The position numbers and the translations under genes are program-made. Below the pieces are notes generated by a model, which was not told the DNA's origin, searched no databases, and was given only the letters and a program-made list of their open reading frames with translations. A DNA stretch of 15,175 nucleotides from Nitrospinota bacterium. Lineage in GTDB: Bacteria; Nitrospinota; Nitrospinia; SZUA-224. This document shows, piece by piece, positions 7,706 to 14,743 of this stretch. How positions within the stretch are numbered: the stretch's first letter is position 1; each line of letters opens with the position of its first letter. The stretch spans positions 1-15,175 of the forward strand of contig JACRGM010000034.1 in assembly GCA_016212345.1 (NCBI GenBank), read 5' to 3'.

Positions 7706-7738
7706 ATGGACAAACTTGTTTGTCCGTGCTTTTGTGGA
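7698..7738 (+). promoter_or_regulatory. Module B copy 4 (palindrome 7707-7724)
   Basis: The tool ORF start at 7706 (MDKLVCPC...) is simply the ATGGACAAACTTG of the repeat. Confidence 0.5.
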
Positions 7739-7759
7739 ATGGGTGTAGGGATCTACATT

Positions 7760-8860
7760 ATGGGTAAGCAAGGAAAATATATCTATGGAATTATAAATTC
7801 TAATGGAGAAGGGTCTTTCATGCCTTATAGAGCCACTGACTGTGAGGAGGTTTATCCTGTCAGAGATATGGAATCTGGCCAGGAATCGAGGATCTCTAAC
7901 ATGGTTTATACTATCCCTTATCGGGATATCTCAGCAGTAGTAAGTGACTCAGATATAGTTGATTATACCTATATGCATAGAGATGCCCTAGCAAGACTTT
8001 TAGTTAAACATCAAAAGGTTAATGAAAGGATTATGGGTTTAGGTCTTGCAATCATCCCTATGAGATTAGGGACATTTGCCGTTGATGAAACTGAGGTTAG
8101 GGATGTCTTAAATAAGGGATATAGTCTTATAAAAGAGATAGCTGAAGAGGTACAGGACAAGATAGAGATCGATATTGTTGCCACATGGGCTGATTTCCCT
8201 TCAGTACTTAAAGAAGTTGGAGAGGAGAAAGAGATTAGGGAATTTAAAGAAAGGGTATTAGATAGTCCTAATGGTGTATCTATAGACGATCAGATGAGGG
8301 TAGGGGTTATGGTTAAAGAGGCACTAGATGAAAAGAGAAAGAGATATGCCGAAGGGATACAAAATACCCTAAACCCTATTTATCAGGATAGTAAGATCCA
8401 TGAACTTATGGATGATAAGATGGTTATTAATGCAGCCTTTCTTATAGAAAGATCTAAACAAAGGTATCTTTATGGAAAGATAGAAGGGCTAAATGTTGAA
8501 TTTAGAGAGAGATTAAATTTTAGGTGTGTAGGTCCACTTCCTACCTATAGTTTTTATACACTTGAGGTAAAAAAGATGCGATTTGAGGAGATAGATTGGG
8601 CAAGGAAGAGATTTGGCCTAAATTACGCTACCAATAAAGATGAGATTAAGAAGACCTATTATCGCTTAGCCTCTTATCTTCACCCTGATAAAAATCCGAA
8701 TCTCCCTAATATAGAGAGGGAATTCGATGATGTAACTAAGGCCTATAAGATACTCATTGACTATTGCCTATCCTGCGAAAGGTCAGGTCAAGGAGTAGGT
8801 TATTCCTTCAATAAGGAGGAATTTAATAAGAATGTAATATTAGTTAAGATAAGGGAGTGA
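7760..8860 (+). CDS. GvpF/GvpL-family protein fused to a C-terminal J-domain (DnaJ-like, HPD at 8681-8689)
   Basis: GvpF/L hallmarks MVINAAFLIERSKQ and GPLPTYSFY. C-terminal EIKKTYYRLASYLHPDKNPNLPNIEREFDDVTKAYKIL is a J-domain with the HPD motif. Preferred start is ATG 7760 (MGKQGKYIYGIINS, matching the M..YIYG N-termini of the other GvpF paralogs). The start is uncertain; the tool start at 7706 lies in the repeat. Confidence 0.82.
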   Translation: MGKQGKYIYGIINSNGEGSFMPYRATDCEEVYPVRDMESGQESRISNMVYTIPYRDISAVVSDSDIVDYTYMHRDALARLLVKHQKVNERIMGLGLAIIPMRLGTFAVDETEVRDVLNKGYSLIKEIAEEVQDKIEIDIVATWADFPSVLKEVGEEKEIREFKERVLDSPNGVSIDDQMRVGVMVKEALDEKRKRYAEGIQNTLNPIYQDSKIHELMDDKMVINAAFLIERSKQRYLYGKIEGLNVEFRERLNFRCVGPLPTYSFYTLEVKKMRFEEIDWARKRFGLNYATNKDEIKKTYYRLASYLHPDKNPNLPNIEREFDDVTKAYKILIDYCLSCERSGQGVGYSFNKEEFNKNVILVKIRE

Positions 8861-8862
8861 TT

Positions 8863-9636
8863 ATGGAAAAGGAAGGAAGGTATATATATTGCATAATAGC
8901 TGATAGAGAACCTAAGACCTTTGGTAGACTGGGGATTGGTGGTAGGCAAGATGAATTGTATACAATCTGCCTTGACGATATCGCAATGGTAGTGAGCAAT
9001 TCTCCAATAATAGAATATTCAGTATCAAGAGAAAATCTACTTGCCCATGAAAGGGCAATTGAGGAGGTAATGAAGGAATATACTGTTTTACCAGTCCGGT
9101 TTGGTACAATTGTTGAGAATGAAGAGAAGATTAAAAAGATTTCAGAAAAGGAATATGACAGATTTAAGGGGTTACTTAATAAGTTTGAAGGCAAAAGAGA
9201 ACTAGGGCTGAAGGCAATATTTAAAGAGGATGCGATTTTTATGGATATCTTAGAGAGATATGAAGAGATAAGGGTCTTAAAAGAGAAGATTGCGAAGTTG
9301 CCTTCCAATGTCTCATATTATCAATCTATAGATATAGGAAGGTTGGTGGAGCAGGCATTAGAAAAGGAAAAGGGAAGATGTAAAGAAGAGATATGGGATA
9401 TCTTAATGCCCATGGCAGAGGATATAAAGATTAATCCCACCTACGGTGAAAGGATGATCATAAATGCTGCATTTTTAGTAAATAAAGATAAAGAAGGAGA
9501 GTTTGACCAGAATGTTCAGAAACTTGATGCAAGATATGGTGATAAGATCAAATTTAAATATATAGGGACAGTCCCGCCATTTAATTTTGTTAATTTGGTA
9601 ATTAATACAGAGGAAATCCTTATGCCGATAAAGTAG
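8863..9636 (+). CDS. GvpF/GvpL-family gas vesicle protein, paralog 2
   Basis: RYIYCII N-terminus, MIINAAFLVNKDKEGEFD, and GTVPPFNFVNL. ATG 8863 with AAGGGAG RBS (the tool GTG 8857 is less likely). Overlaps the upstream stop. Confidence 0.88.
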   Translation: MEKEGRYIYCIIADREPKTFGRLGIGGRQDELYTICLDDIAMVVSNSPIIEYSVSRENLLAHERAIEEVMKEYTVLPVRFGTIVENEEKIKKISEKEYDRFKGLLNKFEGKRELGLKAIFKEDAIFMDILERYEEIRVLKEKIAKLPSNVSYYQSIDIGRLVEQALEKEKGRCKEEIWDILMPMAEDIKINPTYGERMIINAAFLVNKDKEGEFDQNVQKLDARYGDKIKFKYIGTVPPFNFVNLVINTEEILMPIK

Positions 9637-9662
9637 GCACAAAGGAGCATGAAAATACACAC
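9621..9662 (+). repeat. Module A copy 4 (partial): tATGCCGATAAAGTAGGCACAAAGGAGCATGAAAATACACAC, overlapping the 3' end of the GvpF gene
   Basis: Aligns with 531-560 and 7585-7619. Confidence 0.4.
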
Positions 9663-9732
9663 CCCTTAATCCCCTCTTTTTAGAGGGGAAACTTTAGAAC
9701 TCCCCTCTATTAAGAGGGGTTGGGGGTGTGTT
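9656..9732. repeat. Three-stem element: outer stem ACACACCCC / GGGGTGTGT enclosing two near-identical hairpins, CCCCTCT-TTTT-AGAGGGG and CCCCTCT-ATTA-AGAGGGG
   Basis: Seen directly. Candidate structured RNA or REP-like element. Confidence 0.45.
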
Positions 9733-9774
9733 ATAAAGGTATTTTCGTATGAAAAACCATAAATAGATATGTAG

Positions 9775-9795
9775 GGGCAGGCCTTGTGCCTGCCC
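9775..9795. other. GC hairpin GGGCAGGC-CTTGT-GCCTGCCC (8-bp perfect stem) with no downstream T-run
   Basis: Seen directly. Not a canonical intrinsic terminator on either strand. Confidence 0.4.
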
Positions 9796-9830
9796 TTGAA
9801 AAAAGGTATTTTCAGAGGAACCCTCAGCTC

Positions 9831-9880
9831 CCTCTCCCCTTTGGGGAGAGGGTAAGGGTGAGGGGGTATTTTCAGAGGAA
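9831..9880 (+). promoter_or_regulatory. Module C copy 2 (hairpin + G-run tract + GGTATTTTCAGAGGAA leader) immediately upstream of gvpG. An additional GGTATTTTCAGAGGAA lies at 9805-9820
   Basis: Near-identical to 571-620. Confidence 0.5.
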
Positions 9881-9888
9881 TATTAAAG

Positions 9889-10128
9889 ATGTTTTTGATT
9901 GATAATATATTACTTGCCCCATTAAAAGGTTTGGCTTGGTTAGGTGATAAGATTAATGATGTGGCAGAAAGGGAATTCTCAGATGAGGGGCGGATAAAAG
10001 AAGAATTTATGGAATTGCAGCTATGGTTTGAAATGGATGAAATAAGTGAGGAGGAATATGAGAAACAGGAGAAGGTACTTTTAGCACGATTAGAGGCTAT
10101 TAGGAAGGCAAAGGAGGAGGGGATATAG
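9889..10128 (+). CDS. gvpG: Gas vesicle protein GvpG
   Basis: MFLIDNILLAPLKGLAWLGDKINDVAERE...ISEEEYEKQEKVLLARLEAI matches the GvpG N-terminal LxPxKGLxW motif and the C-terminal EE..E..LL.RL pattern. Confidence 0.9.
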   Translation: MFLIDNILLAPLKGLAWLGDKINDVAEREFSDEGRIKEEFMELQLWFEMDEISEEEYEKQEKVLLARLEAIRKAKEEGI

Positions 10129-10130
10129 AA

Positions 10131-10394
10131 ATGATAGAAAATATAGAGGAGGTCAGAGATGTGGTTACTGAGTTTTTAAAGAGGACCCTTAAAGTAGAGG
10201 ATGTAAAGGTGATTAAGGCTAGAAAGGTTGAGGATGGCTGGGAGACCGAGGTAGAGGCATATGAGGAGAGTTCCTTTATAAAGTCCCTTGGCCTTCCTAC
10301 AAGGGTACAAGATAAGAATATCTATGCTGTTAAATTAAATAGCAACATAGTTGAATCCTATGAGCGCAAGGAATCATCAAAGACAACCAAATGA
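10131..10394 (+). CDS. gvpO: GvpO-like gas vesicle protein (short, 87 aa)
   Basis: VEDGWETEVEAYEESSFIKSLGLPTRVQDKNIYAVKL...VESYER parallels the GvpO C-terminal core (DGW..VVEVVE, PDTQD, YEVTLD, Y.R) as I recall it. GGAGGAGGGG RBS. Confidence 0.7.
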   Translation: MIENIEEVRDVVTEFLKRTLKVEDVKVIKARKVEDGWETEVEAYEESSFIKSLGLPTRVQDKNIYAVKLNSNIVESYERKESSKTTK

Positions 10395-10409
10395 TGGCGG
10401 CTAATTTAG

Positions 10410-11198
10410 ATGATCAAAGAGTTGATATATCTCTATTGTGTTAGCCAGAAGGGACCGAATCTTAAAGGTTTGGATGGGGGTAATATCTATTATGTCCACC
10501 ATCATGGCATTTATGCTGTAGTTAGTAAGGTCTCAGAGGATGAATTTAGCGAGGAGAATCTGAAGAAGAATCTATCTGATATAGAGTGGATTAAGGCAAA
10601 GGTAAAGATACACGAAAATGTAATAGAAAGGATTATACCATATAGCTCTGTTATTCCCTTTAAGTTTGGGACCATATTCAATACCGAAGATAATCTAAAA
10701 GGAATGCTTGAGGAATATATAGAGAGATTTAATGATAATCTAATGTATCTAGATAGTAAAGAGGAATGGGGAGTAAAGATCTATTGCGATATAGATAGGC
10801 TAAAAGAGCGAATTATTAAAGAAGATGGTGATATCCTAAAGATCAAAGAGGAGATCAATCTCTCCTCCCCTGGCAAGGGATATTTTCTAAAAAAAAAGAG
10901 AGATGAATTGATAAGAGAAGGTGTAAATAAGAGAATCAATGAATATAGCCAGGTGAGTTTTGAGATATTAAAGGAGCTTAGTTCTGATGAGCAGATAAAT
11001 AAGTTGTTACCCAAAGAGGTAACTGAGAGGAAAGAGGAGATGGTCTTAAATTCGGCATTCTTAGTTGAAAAAGAGAGGGTACTAGAGTTTGTCCAAGCAG
11101 TAGATGGCCTTAACACAAGATATAATAATAATGGCCTTAATCTTGATTATACTGGCCCCTGGCCACCTTATAATTTTGTTGGTGAGTTAATGAGTTAA
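10410..11198 (+). CDS. GvpF/GvpL-family gas vesicle protein, paralog 3
   Basis: LIYLYCV N-terminus, MVLNSAFLVEKERVLEF, and GPWPPYNFVGEL. Confidence 0.88.
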   Translation: MIKELIYLYCVSQKGPNLKGLDGGNIYYVHHHGIYAVVSKVSEDEFSEENLKKNLSDIEWIKAKVKIHENVIERIIPYSSVIPFKFGTIFNTEDNLKGMLEEYIERFNDNLMYLDSKEEWGVKIYCDIDRLKERIIKEDGDILKIKEEINLSSPGKGYFLKKKRDELIREGVNKRINEYSQVSFEILKELSSDEQINKLLPKEVTERKEEMVLNSAFLVEKERVLEFVQAVDGLNTRYNNNGLNLDYTGPWPPYNFVGELMS

Positions 11199-11419
11199 TG
11201 ACTATGAAAGATGTTGTTACAAGATCAAAAGATGTAACCCTCTTAGAGGTCTTAGATAGGGTTTTAAATAAAGGTGTGGTTATCGTCGGAGATATAACAA
11301 TCTCTGTTGCTGATGTCGATCTTATATATCTAGGGTTAAGGGTATTGCTTAGTTCAGTGGAGACTATTACGCACTTAAGAGGTGCTCCGATTGAAGGCCC
11401 AATGCAGGAGCCGACTTGA
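11198..11419 (+). CDS. Small GvpA/J/M-family hydrophobic protein (GvpM/GvpS-like)
   Basis: TLLEVLDRVLNKGVVIVGDITISVADVDLIYLGLRVLLSSVETI matches the GvpA-family core. 73 aa. ATG overlaps the upstream TAA. Confidence 0.85.
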   Translation: MTMKDVVTRSKDVTLLEVLDRVLNKGVVIVGDITISVADVDLIYLGLRVLLSSVETITHLRGAPIEGPMQEPT

Positions 11420-12144
11420 TGAGGGTATATCTCTACGCTATAATAGATTCGAATGATAAGATAAGGAAAGCGATCAAAGGATTAGAAAAGGCCTCTGTTT
11501 ATAATATACCTTATCGTGATATAGGTTTAATTGTAAGCAAACTTAATGGACAGGTTCAAGATATAAGCATAGACCGTGCTATAGAACATGAGGGGGTTGT
11601 AGAAACCTTGATGGAAGATTTTACTCTCTTGCCTGTCAGATTCCTTACCCTCTTTGACAAAGAGGAGGATCTCCTTTCTGTGATAAAAGGGTATTACAGT
11701 GACTTCATAGAGAATTTAGACCGACTTCGTAATAAGATAGAGTTTGGTATAAAGGTGATCTGGCCTGGCAATACGATAAGAGAGCGTATAATGAATAACT
11801 ATCCTAAAGACGATTATCCAGCATCTATATCGGGCGATTCGCCTGGGAAGGATTTTATAAAAGCGAGGTTTAAAAGGTATAAAATAACCAAGGGATTCGA
11901 AGATGAGGCAGAGAGATGCATTGCAGTTATAGATAATCTTTTTAGTCTATCTGTCACTGAAAAGAGGCTTGAAAGACTTAAAAGTGAAAATCTCCTTCTG
12001 AATGCCTATTATCTGGTTGAGAAAGAAAGGCAAGATGATTTTAGACGATCATTCGAACAATTAAAGAGTAGCTTCAACGACTTTAAATATCTATTCAGCG
12101 GTCCCTGGCCTCCTTACAATTTTATCATACCTAAGGTCATTTAA
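11419..12144 (+). CDS. GvpF/GvpL-family gas vesicle protein, paralog 4
   Basis: RVYLYAII N-terminus, LLLNAYYLVEKERQDDF, and GPWPPYNFIIP. ATG 11419 with AGGAG 8 nt upstream (the tool TTG 11416 is less likely). Confidence 0.85.
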   Translation: MRVYLYAIIDSNDKIRKAIKGLEKASVYNIPYRDIGLIVSKLNGQVQDISIDRAIEHEGVVETLMEDFTLLPVRFLTLFDKEEDLLSVIKGYYSDFIENLDRLRNKIEFGIKVIWPGNTIRERIMNNYPKDDYPASISGDSPGKDFIKARFKRYKITKGFEDEAERCIAVIDNLFSLSVTEKRLERLKSENLLLNAYYLVEKERQDDFRRSFEQLKSSFNDFKYLFSGPWPPYNFIIPKVI

Positions 12145-12155
12145 AGAAAAGAAGG

Positions 12156-12494
12156 ATGATGCATAAAAGGATCGAAACAGATTCCCCTGGGGTATTTATT
12201 GAAGAGCTAAAGAAGATAGATGATACCCTTCCCAAAAGGATTGATGCTAATCCCCAAAATGTAGAAAAGGGTCTAGCTAAGTTAGTCCTAACACTTATAG
12301 AGTTAATTAGAAGACTTTTGGAAAGACAGGCTATGAGAAGGGTAGAATCAGGCTCTCTCACCGATGAAGAGGTAGAAAGGATTGGTGAGACCTTGATGAA
12401 ATTAGAAGATAAGATGCAAGAACTTAAAGGGATATTTGGTCTTAAAGATGAAGAATTGAATCTAAGTTTAGGTCCTTTAGGGGATCTGATGTAA
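12156..12494 (+). CDS. gvpK: Gas vesicle protein GvpK
   Basis: GLAKLVLTLIELIRRLLERQAMRRVESGSLTDEEVERIGETLMKLE matches the GvpK conserved core. Confidence 0.9.
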   Translation: MMHKRIETDSPGVFIEELKKIDDTLPKRIDANPQNVEKGLAKLVLTLIELIRRLLERQAMRRVESGSLTDEEVERIGETLMKLEDKMQELKGIFGLKDEELNLSLGPLGDLM

Positions 12495-12495
12495 T

Positions 12496-13185
12496 ATGAA
12501 GAGACTGATTTATGTCCCCATTATACATTCGAGTACAGATCTTGGCTCTATAGCAAAGGATGTAAGTAAGATAGGTATAACAGACCTAGGTAAAGAGCTC
12601 TGGGAAAGACATATAAAGACAGTTGAAGGCTTTTGGGATGTTATATCACATTATTTTGATTCTGTAGATGTATCTGGGGTAAAGATATACCAGGATGGAA
12701 TGGTAGCAGAGGGAGAAGTGGGGGAGAAGATAGTTGAAGAAGGGGTAAAATCAGGAAGCAAAAATTATGAGTTAGTCTCAAATCTCCTTAAAAGAGGGGC
12801 TCATTTAGTTAAGACAGAGGATTTTAATCTTGTTAAGGAGGAGCGCGATAGGTTACTTGCCATAATCCGGTCCCGATCTATTACTCATAGGTTGATTGCA
12901 TTTATAAAATATAAGCTAATCAAAAATAGGCTCTTAGATAAAAGGGATAATTTTATTGCCAAAAGGATAGAGGAGACCTTAAATCCCAGCGAAAGAGGTA
13001 TCCTTTTTATTGGCGCCTATCACAATATAAAGAAGAGGCTTCCAAAAGATATCCATATTAAAGAGATAAAGGATTCAGATAAGATAAAAGAATATCAAAG
13101 ATTACTCCCTTTTTATAATAGAAAAAGAGAACGTTTTGAGGAACTAGGTAGATATCTGCTATCAGAGATTAACGAGCCCATTTAA
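12496..13185 (+). CDS. Hypothetical 229-aa protein, last gene of the gvp operon (start 2 nt after the gvpK stop)
   Basis: Long ORF tightly coupled to gvpK, with codon usage like its neighbours. No family recognised. Confidence 0.65.
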   Translation: MKRLIYVPIIHSSTDLGSIAKDVSKIGITDLGKELWERHIKTVEGFWDVISHYFDSVDVSGVKIYQDGMVAEGEVGEKIVEEGVKSGSKNYELVSNLLKRGAHLVKTEDFNLVKEERDRLLAIIRSRSITHRLIAFIKYKLIKNRLLDKRDNFIAKRIEETLNPSERGILFIGAYHNIKKRLPKDIHIKEIKDSDKIKEYQRLLPFYNRKRERFEELGRYLLSEINEPI

Positions 13186-13235
13186 ACCTAAATCACATCC
13201 TTGCGACCGTAAATACTTCAACAGATCATTGCGTT

Positions 13236-13448
13236 TCATATAGCAATTTTTTCTTCCGCATATCCCATTCCTACTGCAGCAAGCGCGTCTTTACGGTTGA
13301 ATTCAAGGGCCTCTTTCAGGGTAACCCGAAGGTTTTCCATTAACTCTTCATGAGTACGTTCTTGACAGTTCACCCCTGGAATTTCCTCTATCCATCCAAT
13401 CCACCACTCTCCCTCTTGCTTTACTACTGCGGTATATTCTGTATTCAT
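13236..13448 (-). CDS. HicB-like / UPF0150-family small protein (type II antitoxin-like), with no adjacent HicA
   Basis: EYTAVVKQEGEWWIGWIEEIPGVNCQERTHEELMENLRVTLKEALEF matches the UPF0150/HicB N-terminal fold pattern (YTAVIEKDGDWYVAYVPELPGC..QG.T.EEA..NL.EAI). AAGGGGG RBS. Confidence 0.7.
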   Translation of the reverse strand: MNTEYTAVVKQEGEWWIGWIEEIPGVNCQERTHEELMENLRVTLKEALEFNRKDALAAVGMGYAEEKIAI

Positions 13449-13513
13449 AATTTGCCCCCTTTCAGATAATGTGATTATACCTTAAAATCCACCAGTTATT
13501 TTTGACCCAGCCC

Positions 13514-14743
13514 TTATCTTGAGGAAATGTCCAAAATCTGTGAAAAGTGGTATAAAAAATGAATATCTGTATCGTTCATTTTGATTGTGTCAAAGATATC
13601 ATCATTGAATATAAAGGCATCTTTAGGGTGATATTTTTCTATAAAACTAAGAAGTGATTTTCCAATTACAGGTTTAGATAAGGTAGATTTTACCTCCACA
13701 GCTTTTTTATTATTGATAATAAAATCTACTTCTGCCTTTGACTTTGTCCTCCAGTAGTTTAAGGCAATATCCTTTTTGATCAGCTCTGTAAAGATGAAAT
13801 TTTCATATAAAACACCCTTATCCTGTCTCGAATCCAATCCTTTAAAATCACCAATTACAGTATTTCTTAATCCTGTATCATAAAAATAAACCTTTGGATT
13901 TTTAACAAGTTCTGTCCTCCTATTTGTAAAAAATGGCCTTAACAATTGGATAATATATGTCTTTTCTAGGAGGTTTAAATATTTTTTAAGAGACGGAAAG
14001 CCCTGTTGTGTAGTAGTTGAGAGCTCCTGATAAGAAATAACACTTCCAATCTGGAGTGACAATGCCTTAATAAGACTAAGTACCTTATAATCATCTGTTA
14101 ACCCGAGAATATCCCTTACATCTTTTAAAAGATAGATGTTTAAAATATTTTTTAAGACCTCCTCTCTTTCCTCATAATCATTTGAAATTACTACCCGAGG
14201 ATAACCCCCATAAACGATAAACCCTTCTAATAAGGAATGGAATTTCTCAATTAACACACCATCTAACTTCTTTTCTTTGCCAGTCTCCTTATAATAATGA
14301 TAAAGATTGGCGTCCTTATAACTTAGGTATTCCTGAAAAGTAAGTGGATATAAAGTAAAAGAAAAGATCCTTCCTACTAAATATTTTACTGTGCTTACAG
14401 TTAACTCAAGGACTGAAGAGCCTGAAATAAAGATCTTTTTATCTTTAACTGTATCATAGATAAATTTTAAAGACTGACCTCCATTTCTGGCATATTGAAA
14501 CTCATCAATAAAGATGTATTTGTAAGGATTAATATAAAGTTCAATGAAGGAGTTAATATCTCTGTTAAATAAGGCCCTTATCTGTGCATCTTCCAGGGTA
14601 ATAAATGTTGAGTTTTCAATATCTTTCTGAATATGCTTCAGAAGTGTTGTCTTTCCTACCTGTCGGGCTCCCACAACGGCTATGATTTCTGGAGTATAAA
14701 GGTATTTCTTTATCTTTTTTTCTAAATCCCTTTGGATATACAT
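13514..14743 (-). CDS. COG1373-type AAA ATPase (AAA_14 + DUF4143-like)
   Basis: Walker A IIAVVGARQVGKTTLLKHI near the N-terminus and FIDEFQY Walker B. Preferred start is MYIQRDLEKKIKK at 14743 (AAGGA RBS) rather than the tool start at 14803. Confidence 0.82.
   Translation of the reverse strand: MYIQRDLEKKIKKYLYTPEIIAVVGARQVGKTTLLKHIQKDIENSTFITLEDAQIRALFNRDINSFIELYINPYKYIFIDEFQYARNGGQSLKFIYDTVKDKKIFISGSSVLELTVSTVKYLVGRIFSFTLYPLTFQEYLSYKDANLYHYYKETGKEKKLDGVLIEKFHSLLEGFIVYGGYPRVVISNDYEEREEVLKNILNIYLLKDVRDILGLTDDYKVLSLIKALSLQIGSVISYQELSTTTQQGFPSLKKYLNLLEKTYIIQLLRPFFTNRRTELVKNPKVYFYDTGLRNTVIGDFKGLDSRQDKGVLYENFIFTELIKKDIALNYWRTKSKAEVDFIINNKKAVEVKSTLSKPVIGKSLLSFIEKYHPKDAFIFNDDIFDTIKMNDTDIHFLYHFSQILDISSR

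Noticed and set aside
444-9880. CRISPR array interpretation of the recurring repeats
   Set aside because: The repeats are not regularly spaced. They occur in different module combinations and are separated by whole genes rather than 30-40 bp spacers.
8844-12361. Minus-strand ORFs 8844-9308, 8912-9109, 9475-9660, 10781-11116 and 12137-12361
   Set aside because: They lie antisense to GvpF/L paralogs and gvpK and give low-complexity translations. Rejected for the same reasons.
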